64,000 nucleotides of DNA, taken from the IMG/VR virus record IMGVR_UViG_3300020469_003235, positions 1,674 to 65,673 of that record, one strand, 5' to 3'. The DNA comes from a virus (Duplodnaviria; Caudoviricetes). Numbering within the stretch: position 1 is the first letter of the stretch; each line of letters starts with the position of its first letter. This document shows, piece by piece, positions 1 through 8,911 of the stretch. Made by a program: the position numbers and the translations under genes. The notes beneath the pieces are model-generated. The model saw nothing but the letters and a program-made list of their open reading frames with translations, was not told the DNA's origin and ran no database searches.

Positions 1-609
1 TTAGAAAACGAAAAAGATATTTTAGAAAAGTACGAGTACACTTCAACAGGAGGTACTGGATTAAGTGAGGATCATATTACTACACGTTTTGGAAAGTATA
101 ATTTACTTTCACAAGACAATCCTGCATTTAGCGAACTATTAACATTCTTAAGATATTCGTATATCGAATATGTACAAACTGCACAACTTGAATTAAAAGA
201 CTTGCAGATTGTATGTTGGGCAAACATTCTTAAACAAAGTGAAGCAATGGCTCCACACTCACACGGTGCTCAGCCAGATTCTTATTTGAGTGGTAACATA
301 CATTTAGAAGATTATTCAACTTCAACATTTTATAGAAGTTGTTATGATCCGGAATCAAAACTTGGGTTACCAAATAAAAAAGGTGGCTGTGTAATGTTTC
401 CAAGTAGTACACAACACTATACAGGCGAACATGATTCAAAAGATCCAAGAGTTAGTGTAGCATTTGACCTACGTTTGACTGGAAGTTTTGATGCTAACGA
501 AATGAATGCTATTCCTTTTATGAACAAGGAAGTGTTAACTCAAATCCAAGAGAACTATAAAACACAAGCACAAGCAAATAAACCGGTTGACAACACTGCT
601 AAAAAGTAG
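1..609 (+). CDS. putative 2OG-Fe(II) oxygenase (5'-truncated by window edge)
   Basis: Frame open from base 1; WANI..HSH...YLSG..., MFPSSTQH and RVSVAFD match the HxH...H...RxS pattern of phage 2OG-Fe(II) oxygenases. Confidence 0.7.
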   Translation, partial: LENEKDILEKYEYTSTGGTGLSEDHITTRFGKYNLLSQDNPAFSELLTFLRYSYIEYVQTAQLELKDLQIVCWANILKQSEAMAPHSHGAQPDSYLSGNIHLEDYSTSTFYRSCYDPESKLGLPNKKGGCVMFPSSTQHYTGEHDSKDPRVSVAFDLRLTGSFDANEMNAIPFMNKEVLTQIQENYKTQAQANKPVDNTAKK

Positions 610-615
610 TATAAT
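587..615 (+). promoter_or_regulatory. sigma70-type promoter upstream of RNase H gene
   Basis: TTGACA(587-592)-17 nt-TATAAT(610-615), perfect consensus; GAGGA SD before ATG 646. Confidence 0.85.
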
Positions 616-645
616 AATACTATAATTTAACAAGAGGACAACTTA

Positions 646-1638
646 ATGGCAACTTACATACTCGTTGATACTGCTAACACTTTTTTCCGTGCAAGGCATG
701 TGATAAGAGGTAACCTTACTGATAAGATTGGTATGGCGTTTCATATTACACTTGCTGGCGTTAGAAAGGCTTGGCAAGACTTTGACGGTACTCATGTTGT
801 ATTTTGTCTTGAAGGACGTAGTTGGCGTAAAGACTTTTATGAGCCTTACAAGAGAAATAGAAGTGATGCTCGTGCGGCGGCTACTGCACAACAACAAGAA
901 GAAGATGAAGTGTTCTGGGAGTGCTTTGATGAGTTCAAGGACTATGTAGGAAACAAGACTAATTGTTCTGTATTACAAAATCCGCAACTTGAGGCAGATG
1001 ATCTTATTGCTGGTTGGGTACAATCACACCCTAACGACAATCATGTTATTATTAGTACTGACGGTGACTTTGCACAATTGATTGCGCCTAACTGTAAACA
1101 GTACAACGGTATACAAGATATTACAATTACACATGAAGGTTACTTTGACAAGAAAGGTAATCGTGTTTTAGATAAGAAGACAGGCTCAGAGAAGCCTGCA
1201 CCTAATCCTGCATTTATGTTGTTTGAAAAGTGTATGCGAGGCGACACAAGTGATAACGTGTTTAGTGCTTATCCTGGTGTTAGAGTAAAAGGTACTAAGA
1301 ACAAGGTAGGCTTAACAGAAGCATTTGCAGATAAAGACAGTAAAGGCTACAACTGGAATAACATGATGTTACAACGTTGGGTAGATCATAACGGTGAAGA
1401 GCATCGTGTGTTAGACGACTACACACGTAATGTTGTATTGTGTGATTTGACTGCACAGCCAAGTGAAATTAGAAGTATTATTGATAGTGTAATCAAAGAG
1501 GCTACTGTAGAGCCTAAAGCAATTACACAAGTAGGTATTAAACTTATGAAGTTTTGTGCTAAACACGATCTTGTTAAAGTAGGTGAGCAAGTACAAAGTT
1601 ACAGTGAACCTTTAAATGCGAGATATGTATGCAACTAA
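646..1638 (+). CDS. rnh: T4 RNase H-like 5'-3' exonuclease (FEN/PIN fold)
   Basis: ILVDTAN, SWRKDFYEPYKRNR, LEADDLIA, IISTDGDF, GDTSDNV acidic motifs of the 5'-3' exonuclease family. Confidence 0.85.
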   Translation: MATYILVDTANTFFRARHVIRGNLTDKIGMAFHITLAGVRKAWQDFDGTHVVFCLEGRSWRKDFYEPYKRNRSDARAAATAQQQEEDEVFWECFDEFKDYVGNKTNCSVLQNPQLEADDLIAGWVQSHPNDNHVIISTDGDFAQLIAPNCKQYNGIQDITITHEGYFDKKGNRVLDKKTGSEKPAPNPAFMLFEKCMRGDTSDNVFSAYPGVRVKGTKNKVGLTEAFADKDSKGYNWNNMMLQRWVDHNGEEHRVLDDYTRNVVLCDLTAQPSEIRSIIDSVIKEATVEPKAITQVGIKLMKFCAKHDLVKVGEQVQSYSEPLNARYVCN

Positions 1639-2165
1639 TGGACGAAGATTATGCTGACGCATATGAGTTTATATGTTCTTTAGAACCAGCAGTACAAGAT
1701 CTTGTTAAAACTATACCTATGAATATAGGCAATGGTTTTCCACATCAAGAGCATTTAAGAGAGAATGCCGCCAAGAAGATTGGTATGATGTTAAGCAAAC
1801 TACCTGTCCAAAATATACAGGTTGATGATATTTTGAAGTTAAATAACTTAGACAATATGCCTCAAGACCCTTATATGGTTAAAGCATTAACAAATATAAG
1901 TGGCAAAGAAGGGTATAGAGAAGTGTATATAAGGGAACAGAAAGAACGTGATCGACGTGATGATCGCGAAAGAGAGTTTCCTTTAGAGCCTATTATTGAA
2001 GCAGTAGAATCCGGGACATGTCGTCCACCTTTGATTGTAGAAGTAGAGAGCGGTCGATATGTTATCGATGGCAGAACAAGATTATATGCGGCTTTGGCGG
2101 CAAACAAAAGTTTAGACGTAACTGTCATAACAACTGAAGTATTAGGAGGAATAAATGACTATTAA
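1629..2165 (+). CDS. ParB/sulfiredoxin-like domain protein
   Basis: C-terminal PPLIV...YVIDGRTRLYAA resembles the ParB-N DGxxR motif. Confidence 0.55.
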   Translation: MQLMDEDYADAYEFICSLEPAVQDLVKTIPMNIGNGFPHQEHLRENAAKKIGMMLSKLPVQNIQVDDILKLNNLDNMPQDPYMVKALTNISGKEGYREVYIREQKERDRRDDREREFPLEPIIEAVESGTCRPPLIVEVESGRYVIDGRTRLYAALAANKSLDVTVITTEVLGGINDY

Positions 2166-2646
2166 AGGAAAATCTATTGTAGCAGGCAAGTTTTGGATTG
2201 TGGAAGAAGACGGAGAACGTATTGGTACTCTTTCAAAGCAAGAAGATAAAACTTATATGTATTGTTGTAACACACATACAAAATTTTACGAAAGCGAAAA
2301 GCACTTATCTAAAGAGATTGCAATTGAATGGGAAACAACTATTTCTGATGCAAACAAAACAAAAGTTGCAGATAAAGAAGTACATGGCTTTCCAACTTCA
2401 TGTGTACCGCATAACAGTATGTATGATGTAAAAAAGAAACTACCACTGTTTACAAAAAGTAAAAAATCTAAAAGTTTATATTGTGCAGGTTACTACATTA
2501 TTAAATTTGACAAAGGTTGGGTAAGAAGTTTTTGTCCTAAAATGGTAACATGTGAAAACTATTTTTCAAAAGGACCATTTAAGTCAGAACTTGAAATGCG
2601 TTCAGAACTTTCAAAGGCAAATGCAGATGCAAAAAGATCCAATTAA
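2155..2646 (+). CDS. hypothetical phage protein
   Basis: 163-aa ORF, GGAGG SD, overlaps upstream stop. Confidence 0.7.
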   Translation: MTIKGKSIVAGKFWIVEEDGERIGTLSKQEDKTYMYCCNTHTKFYESEKHLSKEIAIEWETTISDANKTKVADKEVHGFPTSCVPHNSMYDVKKKLPLFTKSKKSKSLYCAGYYIIKFDKGWVRSFCPKMVTCENYFSKGPFKSELEMRSELSKANADAKRSN

Positions 2647-2872
2647 TACTATACCTTTAGAAAAGTTTTTTTCGCAAGTAAGAGCCGCCGAGCAAGGCAA
2701 TGCTAAAGATGTAAGACTAACACTCGACGATGCCAAAATACTTGCACTCACATTAGGGCAAATCAATGCCCGACTACTTGGTAACATCGAAGAGTTTATT
2801 GCTACCAAGGCAGTTGAAAAAGATTCTGAAATTGTCAACGTCGAAATGGACGGTGGTGGATTTAAAGAGTAA
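2627..2872 (+). CDS. hypothetical phage protein
   Basis: ORF tiles between neighbours; start 2621 or 2627 after AAAGG; ends MDGGGFKE. Confidence 0.6.
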   Translation: MQKDPINTIPLEKFFSQVRAAEQGNAKDVRLTLDDAKILALTLGQINARLLGNIEEFIATKAVEKDSEIVNVEMDGGGFKE

Positions 2873-3486
2873 TGATAAAACAAACTTTGTTTTCGACAGA
2901 CATATACAAGGTAAAAGTTAAGCAACAAGAAGAACTAAAGAGTTTCTTCGTTTCAAACATAGAAAGTGAATATAATGTTAAAGGTCCTAATTGCGATTTC
3001 TGCAATGTATACAGTGATTATTTTTCAGGCGCTCGGCCAGTAGACTGGGAAGACATTCTTCCTAAATATCAATCAACAATACAAGAATTCCTAAACGAAT
3101 ACGGGTATAAAGATACACACAACTGGAAGGTTGGTATTGATGCTTGGTATAACGTAACAGGTAAAGGTGGTTGGGGAGAAACACACAATCACTTATCAAG
3201 TCCAAGAACAATACAAATTAGTGCAGTACATTATGTGAAGTTCGATCCTGAACATCATAGCCCTACAATATTTTATAATCCATCAAGCAATGGCATACGT
3301 AGCAGTGCTCCTACACCTATTACAGATAACCTACCTACAATGTGGCCAAAAGAAGTCATTAATGCAGATGCCTTAGAAGGCGATATGATATTCTTTGCAC
3401 CATACTTAAACCACAGTATTCCTGTACAAAAATCTAATGTACCGCGAATAACGACAGCATTCAACATAACAATTACTGAGAATTAG
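2872..3486 (+). CDS. putative 2OG-Fe(II) oxygenase
   Basis: AWYNV..HNH..ISAVHYV..EGDMIFFAPYLNH..RITTAFN; paralog-like to ORF 1-609. Confidence 0.75.
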   Translation: MIKQTLFSTDIYKVKVKQQEELKSFFVSNIESEYNVKGPNCDFCNVYSDYFSGARPVDWEDILPKYQSTIQEFLNEYGYKDTHNWKVGIDAWYNVTGKGGWGETHNHLSSPRTIQISAVHYVKFDPEHHSPTIFYNPSSNGIRSSAPTPITDNLPTMWPKEVINADALEGDMIFFAPYLNHSIPVQKSNVPRITTAFNITITEN

Positions 3487-3488
3487 GA

Positions 3489-3494
3489 TAAATA
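3489..3494 (+). promoter_or_regulatory. T4-late-like TAAATA box
   Basis: TAAATA in short intergenic gap, AAGGA SD then ATG 3525. Confidence 0.5.
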
Positions 3495-3524
3495 TATACG
3501 TAGTTTATAATAAAGGACACGTAT

Positions 3525-3818
3525 ATGAGTAGACCTAAACCAACAATATTGTTGGAGTACATTGATAAGAAGACTTACAAGTCAGATCAAATACTCGCGG
3601 CTGATGCGATTTGGGCAGTTTTCTATCAGGGAAAACCTTTCAATCTAAAAACACAAAATTCATTATCAAGTTTTCCAGGACCTAAGTATAAGAAAGTTTC
3701 TTTTAGTAATCCAGGACATGCACACAACCTTGCTAAAAAGTTAAACGACTTATTTAATACTGACGAGTTTACTGTTGTGGAACTTACAGATGGAAAAGTA
3801 ACCACAGAGGGCAAATAA
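3525..3818 (+). CDS. hypothetical phage protein
   Basis: 97-aa ORF with SD. Confidence 0.7.
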   Translation: MSRPKPTILLEYIDKKTYKSDQILAADAIWAVFYQGKPFNLKTQNSLSSFPGPKYKKVSFSNPGHAHNLAKKLNDLFNTDEFTVVELTDGKVTTEGK

Positions 3819-3819
3819 T

Positions 3820-4269
3820 ATGTATGAATATAAATGTAAAATTTTAAGAGTAGTAGACGGAGATACAGTTGACGTTGATATCGATCTTGGCTTTGGCATG
3901 TGGATGCACAAAGAACGTGTTCGTATGATGGGCATCGACACTCCAGAATCCAGAACACGTGATAAAGTGGAGAAAGCATTTGGACTCGCATCAAAAGCAA
4001 GACTTAAAGAACTGTTACCAATCGGATCCATGCAAATACTCAAAACAGAAATTGACAGAAGTGGAGAAGACAAAAAAGGAAAATTCGGAAGAATCCTTGG
4101 AGACTTTATCACAGACGACAAAAGATGCACTGACATACTTATTGAAGAGGGATATGCTGTAGCATACTTCGGCGGATCGAAAGAAGAAGTTCAAATGAAA
4201 CATATGGCGAATAGAGAAAAATTAATTCGCGAAGGTATAGTTACACCACCCAAGCCAAAGAAGAAGTAA
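3820..4269 (+). CDS. thermonuclease (SNase-like) family protein
   Basis: RVVDGDTV, RVRMMGIDTPES, GKFGRILG motifs. Confidence 0.85.
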   Translation: MYEYKCKILRVVDGDTVDVDIDLGFGMWMHKERVRMMGIDTPESRTRDKVEKAFGLASKARLKELLPIGSMQILKTEIDRSGEDKKGKFGRILGDFITDDKRCTDILIEEGYAVAYFGGSKEEVQMKHMANREKLIREGIVTPPKPKKK

Positions 4270-4665
4270 ATGAACTGGAAAGAAACCTATACAAAGGTCT
4301 TCTTAAAACAAGCAGACATTAGCATTAACGAAGCAACCATGAAGCAGTATATGCCAGCATGGTGGCAAAACACACGAGTTAAATCAGAAGGCGGACTTCG
4401 ATTAACAGATGCTGGTATGATGTTTCTTACAGAAAAATTAGATTTACTATCATATGATGTTCCGTTTCCAGAGGATTTTCAACTTACAACTAATACAGTA
4501 ATTTGGTTAGACCGTTTTATTACGTGTCCATACTACTTAACTAACAGAGGAATCACTGTATTTGATGAAAAGAAAGCACTCGAACTACATCTTTTTAGTG
4601 GTGATGTAAAGAAATACGGCCTTAATAAAGCATTGAAAAGAGCCGACGAAGAACTAACTCCTTGA
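4270..4665 (+). CDS. hypothetical phage protein
   Basis: 131-aa ORF abutting upstream stop. Confidence 0.7.
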   Translation: MNWKETYTKVFLKQADISINEATMKQYMPAWWQNTRVKSEGGLRLTDAGMMFLTEKLDLLSYDVPFPEDFQLTTNTVIWLDRFITCPYYLTNRGITVFDEKKALELHLFSGDVKKYGLNKALKRADEELTP

Positions 4666-4672
4666 TTTTACT

Positions 4673-4690
4673 GGCTTATTTTGGTAAGCC
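4673..4690 (+). terminator. short hairpin, possible terminator
   Basis: GGCTTA-TTTTGG-TAAGCC followed by TTATT just after stop 4665. Confidence 0.4.
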
Positions 4691-4727
4691 TTATTCAAAA
4701 ATAATTCAAAAAAAGTACAAATAATGG

Positions 4728-4756
4728 TTGACCTTTGGTCATAGAGAGTGTATTAT
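4728..4756 (+). promoter_or_regulatory. sigma70-type promoter
   Basis: TTGACC-17 nt-TATTAT with A-rich UP-like tract upstream; AGGAG SD before ATG 4812. Confidence 0.7.
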
Positions 4757-4811
4757 ATATACATACTTAGAAATTAAGTATGGCACTGAAGTTAACAAAT
4801 AGGAGTACAAA

Positions 4812-5900
4812 ATGGAAAACATTGCAACAAGAACAATTGGTCCTAATGATGCTAAGAAAAGTATCTTAAGGGCTTTTAAGAAAAAGCGTCCTTTATTCAT
4901 ATGGGGACCTCCAGGTATTGGTAAGTCAGACATTGTAAGTCAGATTACTGATTCCTTTGAAAAATCAAAACTTATCGACATTCGTTTGTCATTGTGGGAT
5001 CCAACGGACATCAAAGGTATGCCGTATTATGCCGCAAATGATAATACAATGAAATGGGCACCGCCAATGGAACTTCCAGATGCGGCAATGGCTAAAAAAT
5101 ATAAGACCATTGTATTGTTCTTAGATGAGATGAACTCTGCGGCACCGGCTGTACAAGCGGCGGCATATCAGTTAATCCTTAACCGTAAGGTTGGTACTTA
5201 TGTACTACCAGACAATGTTCTTATTGTAGCGGCAGGTAACAGAGATGCTGACAAAGGTGTTACATATAGAATGCCAGCACCGTTGGCAAATAGATTTGTT
5301 CACTTAGAACTTAAAGTTGATTTCGACGATTGGTTCCAGTGGGCTACTGAAAACAAGATCCACACAGACGTTGTGGGTTACTTAACATTTAGCAAGAAGG
5401 ACTTGTATGACTTTGATCCAAAAAGCCCAAGTCGTTCATTTGCTACACCTCGTTCTTGGTCATTTGTATCTGAGTTACTTGAAGATGATGATGACGAGAA
5501 TACCACTACTGATTTAGTTAGTGGTTCTGTAGGCGAAGGCCTTGCAGTGAAGTTCATGGCCCATCGTAAGATGGCATCAAAACTTCCGAATCCATCGGAG
5601 ATTTTGAAAGGTAAAGTAACAGAGTTAGAAACAAGAGAAATCAGTGCCATGTATTCCTTAACTGTTTCGCTCTGCTATGAACTTAAAGAAGCCAGCGACA
5701 AAAACGATAAGACGTTTGACAATCAAGTCAATAACTTCTTAAAGTTTGCTATGGCGAATTTTGATACTGAATTAGTTGTAATGGGTATCAAGTTGGCACT
5801 TACACAATACCAACTACCAATCGATCCAGATGAAGTAGAGTGTTTTGATGAGTTCCACGAAAAGTTCGGCAAGTATGTAACGGCCGCTCAGGCTTCTTAA
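4812..5900 (+). CDS. MoxR-like AAA+ ATPase
   Basis: Walker A GPPGIGKS, Walker B LFLDEMN, AAGN sensor, PLANRF arginine finger. Confidence 0.85.
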   Translation: MENIATRTIGPNDAKKSILRAFKKKRPLFIWGPPGIGKSDIVSQITDSFEKSKLIDIRLSLWDPTDIKGMPYYAANDNTMKWAPPMELPDAAMAKKYKTIVLFLDEMNSAAPAVQAAAYQLILNRKVGTYVLPDNVLIVAAGNRDADKGVTYRMPAPLANRFVHLELKVDFDDWFQWATENKIHTDVVGYLTFSKKDLYDFDPKSPSRSFATPRSWSFVSELLEDDDDENTTTDLVSGSVGEGLAVKFMAHRKMASKLPNPSEILKGKVTELETREISAMYSLTVSLCYELKEASDKNDKTFDNQVNNFLKFAMANFDTELVVMGIKLALTQYQLPIDPDEVECFDEFHEKFGKYVTAAQAS

Positions 5901-5906
5901 ACTATT

Positions 5907-5944
5907 TTGGGGTAGTATATTTTGGTATGCTACCCCAATCTTTT
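5907..5944 (+). terminator. intrinsic terminator
   Basis: 13-bp stem TTGGGGTAGTATA/TATGCTACCCCAA (one G-U), loop TTTTGG, followed by TCTTTT. Confidence 0.75.
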
Positions 5945-5946
5945 GG

Positions 5947-5975
5947 TTGACAAATCATATTAAATACTGTATACT
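5947..5975 (+). promoter_or_regulatory. sigma70-type promoter
   Basis: TTGACA-17 nt-TATACT. Confidence 0.75.
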
Positions 5976-6004
5976 GTAAGTATAAACAATAAGGAATAGG
6001 CACT

Positions 6005-7276
6005 ATGACAACAGACGTATTAGAACAACAAGAACAAATTGAAATTACAGACGAACTTCGTGCAGAAGTATTAGATCGTATTGTGGTTGCTCGTGTTGGT
6101 TTGTTGTTACGCCACCCATTCTTTGGTAACATGGCTACAAGACTTATTATTAAAGAAGCAAGTGATTGGTGTCCTACTGCCGCAACAGATGGCAGACACT
6201 TGTTTTATAGTGTTCCGTTCTTTGCTAAGATGACTAACAAAGAAGTTGAATTTGTTATTGCACATGAAATACTTCATTGTGTATATGATCATATGACACG
6301 TAGAGAAGATAGAGATCCGCAGATACATAATATCGCGGCAGACTACATTGTAAACAATACACTTGTTAGAGATAGCATTGGTACAAAGCCTAAAGACATT
6401 CCAATTTTCCAAGACTTTAAATATGACAACTGGACATCAGAGGCTGTGTATGATGACATCTTTCAAAAGTATGATGAAGAAGAATTAAAACAATTAGGTC
6501 AATTACTTGACGAACATATTGACTGGGATAAAGAAAATCAAAAGCAAGGTAAAGCACCGTCATCTAAAGGTAGCAAAGGTGGTACTGAAAAACCTTCATA
6601 CAGTAAAGAAGAACTTAAAAAGATACGTGACGAAATTAAAGACAGTATGTTACAATCAGCACAGGCGGCTGGTGCAGGTAATATGCCTAAAGAAATTGAA
6701 CGTATGATTAAGGAACTTACTGAACCTAAGATGAACTGGAGAGAGTTACTTCAGCAACAGATTCAAAGTACAATTAGAAATGATTATACATTTACTCGTC
6801 CTTCACGTAAGGCTTGGCATACAAGTGCTATCCTTCCAGGACTAAACTTTGATGAAACTATCGACTTGTGTATTGCAATTGACATGTCAGGGTCTATTAG
6901 TAATAAACAAGCACAAATATTCCTTTCAGAGATCAAAGGTATTATGGATCAGTATCAAGACTATAAAATTAAACTATGGTGCTTTGATACAGAGATCTAT
7001 AATGAACAAGATTTCGATGCTGGCAATGATGACTTGCTATCATACAAAGTCGATGGTGGCGGTGGTACAGACTTTATGGCTAACTGGAATTATATGAAAG
7101 ACAATGATATCCAACCTAAGAAGTTTATTATGTTTACAGATGGATATACTTGGGACACATGGGGTGATGAAGATTACTGTGATACAGTATTTGTTATTCA
7201 CAGTCATCATGATAAAAACTTAGAAGCACCATTTGGAGTAACCACACATTATGAAGATGAAACCAAATCCGCTTAA
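6005..7276 (+). CDS. VWA-domain/metallopeptidase-like protein (DUF2201-like), MoxR partner
   Basis: TAATDG, HEILH (HExxH), MIDAS DMSGS, GGGGTDF, FTDG; adjacent to MoxR ATPase. Confidence 0.8.
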   Translation: MTTDVLEQQEQIEITDELRAEVLDRIVVARVGLLLRHPFFGNMATRLIIKEASDWCPTAATDGRHLFYSVPFFAKMTNKEVEFVIAHEILHCVYDHMTRREDRDPQIHNIAADYIVNNTLVRDSIGTKPKDIPIFQDFKYDNWTSEAVYDDIFQKYDEEELKQLGQLLDEHIDWDKENQKQGKAPSSKGSKGGTEKPSYSKEELKKIRDEIKDSMLQSAQAAGAGNMPKEIERMIKELTEPKMNWRELLQQQIQSTIRNDYTFTRPSRKAWHTSAILPGLNFDETIDLCIAIDMSGSISNKQAQIFLSEIKGIMDQYQDYKIKLWCFDTEIYNEQDFDAGNDDLLSYKVDGGGGTDFMANWNYMKDNDIQPKKFIMFTDGYTWDTWGDEDYCDTVFVIHSHHDKNLEAPFGVTTHYEDETKSA

Positions 7277-7526
7277 CTTTTTTGATATTAGAAAATTGGA
7301 TTACCCAGGCTCGCATTTAGAGTACATGGAAATAAGTCCAAATTATAATATAGAAAAGGCAATTAGTAATTGGATAATGGCGAACTTAAAAAGTCGCTTT
7401 TATGTAGGCAAAAACCTTACCGTAAATGAAGGCAATGAAATGACAAGTAAACTCAAAATTGGATTTGAAGATCCAAAAGAGTTATCGTATTTCGCTTTGG
7501 CATGCCCCCATTTGAAATACAAATAA
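7251..7526 (+). CDS. hypothetical phage protein
   Basis: 91-aa ORF tiling the operon. Confidence 0.6.
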   Translation: MKMKPNPLNFFDIRKLDYPGSHLEYMEISPNYNIEKAISNWIMANLKSRFYVGKNLTVNEGNEMTSKLKIGFEDPKELSYFALACPHLKYK

Positions 7527-7571
7527 GTAATTAAGTATATACATTATTAAAAGTTAACAAAGGAGAAGACA

Positions 7572-7916
7572 ATGTCTGATACAAATAAAGCAACGGCATC
7601 ACCTGAAGCACCGGCAACGGCACCAGCGACAGGCGGTCCAGTAGATCTAACAGTTCAAGATCTCAATACAATTAGAACTGTAATTGATATCGCTACACAA
7701 CGTGGCGCCTTCAAAGCAAATGAATTACAAGCAGTTGGAACAACTTACAATAAGTTAGATATGTTCCTTCAGCAAGTACAAAAAGCTCAACAAGATCAAA
7801 ACGCACCAGCAACACCAGAGGGAGTTCCAGCAACGGCACAACCTATTAGTGGAGCAGACGCGGCGGCGGCAATGAGCGGAGAAGTTCCTGCTACTGCAAC
7901 AATGGAGAAAAAATAA
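7572..7916 (+). CDS. hypothetical phage protein, Ala/Pro-rich termini
   Basis: AGGAG SD; compact core LTVQDL..IDIATQRGAFKANEL. Confidence 0.7.
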   Translation: MSDTNKATASPEAPATAPATGGPVDLTVQDLNTIRTVIDIATQRGAFKANELQAVGTTYNKLDMFLQQVQKAQQDQNAPATPEGVPATAQPISGADAAAAMSGEVPATATMEKK

Positions 7917-8515
7917 TGGCTATTAAGCATATTGGTAAATTAAAATCAAATAAAAGAAAGGTGGCTGTAGCATACAGAACCCTTCCTAATGATCCAGAAC
8001 ATGCATTAATTGTGTCAACTGAAAACTTAACTGATTCAGATCACGATGTATTAATGCAGTTGGTAGAATCACCGTCTGGACAAGACGCAGGTGAACTTGC
8101 AGAAGCAATGGCACGTACACGTTTAAGTGACGGTAGTGTTATGTTAGCACGTTTCCACTCAACAGGTAAACTAATGAGAGTACCGACAGCAGACGTAGAC
8201 ATGATGCCTACTAACACTGACACAATTAATCTTGCTGAATTAAACAAGGTTATTGCAGAACAAAAAGGTGTTAGCATTGCTGACTTGGCTCTTAAAGACG
8301 ATACACAGCCACTTGCAACTGCTACGGCAACTACTGCACCAGCAAGTACACCGTCTAATGAAGCAACGGCGGCACCAGCAAGTGCTGACGGTGTAATGAG
8401 TGACGAAGACCTTGCAAAATCTTACAGATCACAAGCAGACCGTTTAAGTAAAGAAGCGGCTCAGTTAAGGCGTGATGCTGAAGACTTGGTTCCGACCAAA
8501 AAGAAAAAAGCATAG
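7916..8515 (+). CDS. hypothetical phage protein
   Basis: 199-aa ORF, TAATG coupling, Ala/Thr linker and C-terminal coiled coil. Confidence 0.7.
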   Translation: MAIKHIGKLKSNKRKVAVAYRTLPNDPEHALIVSTENLTDSDHDVLMQLVESPSGQDAGELAEAMARTRLSDGSVMLARFHSTGKLMRVPTADVDMMPTNTDTINLAELNKVIAEQKGVSIADLALKDDTQPLATATATTAPASTPSNEATAAPASADGVMSDEDLAKSYRSQADRLSKEAAQLRRDAEDLVPTKKKKA

Positions 8516-8522
8516 ACTAACT

Positions 8523-8843
8523 ATGCCGAGGAAGAAACTGCTTAAACTTCCTGCAGACGTTATCAAACATTGGCCTGAAGTATTCGAGGGCATAGAAGTA
8601 AAAACTATACCACTCGAATACCTTCAGCACATTGAAGTAACGTTCAGCAATAGGAAAAAATGGTTCATTGAATGTACACCTCAACTTAGCCAAAAGCGGT
8701 TTGAGAAGGATATTCGCGAACTATTCGACGAATACGGAGATAAAATCCGTAATGTAGACTTTGCTGTAGATAGTGCAAAAATCAAACAAGATGTGCAAAA
8801 AGGTACTAAAAGCCTGTTCAAAAAAGCACGGTTCAAGAAATAA
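8523..8843 (+). CDS. hypothetical phage protein
   Basis: ATG 8523 just after upstream stop; basic 106-aa ORF. Confidence 0.6.
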   Translation: MPRKKLLKLPADVIKHWPEVFEGIEVKTIPLEYLQHIEVTFSNRKKWFIECTPQLSQKRFEKDIRELFDEYGDKIRNVDFAVDSAKIKQDVQKGTKSLFKKARFKK

Positions 8844-8896
8844 ATACATTATAGCAAAACAAATGGTATTGGATAAATACTAATAGCAAAACAAAT
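8841..8896 (+). repeat. tandem duplication containing two TAAATA late-promoter boxes
   Basis: TAAATAC-att-ATAGCAAAACAAAT (8841-8864) and TAAATAC-ta-ATAGCAAAACAAAT (8874-8896). Confidence 0.75.
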
Positions 8897-8911
8897 TTGG
8901 AGTAGGTAAGT

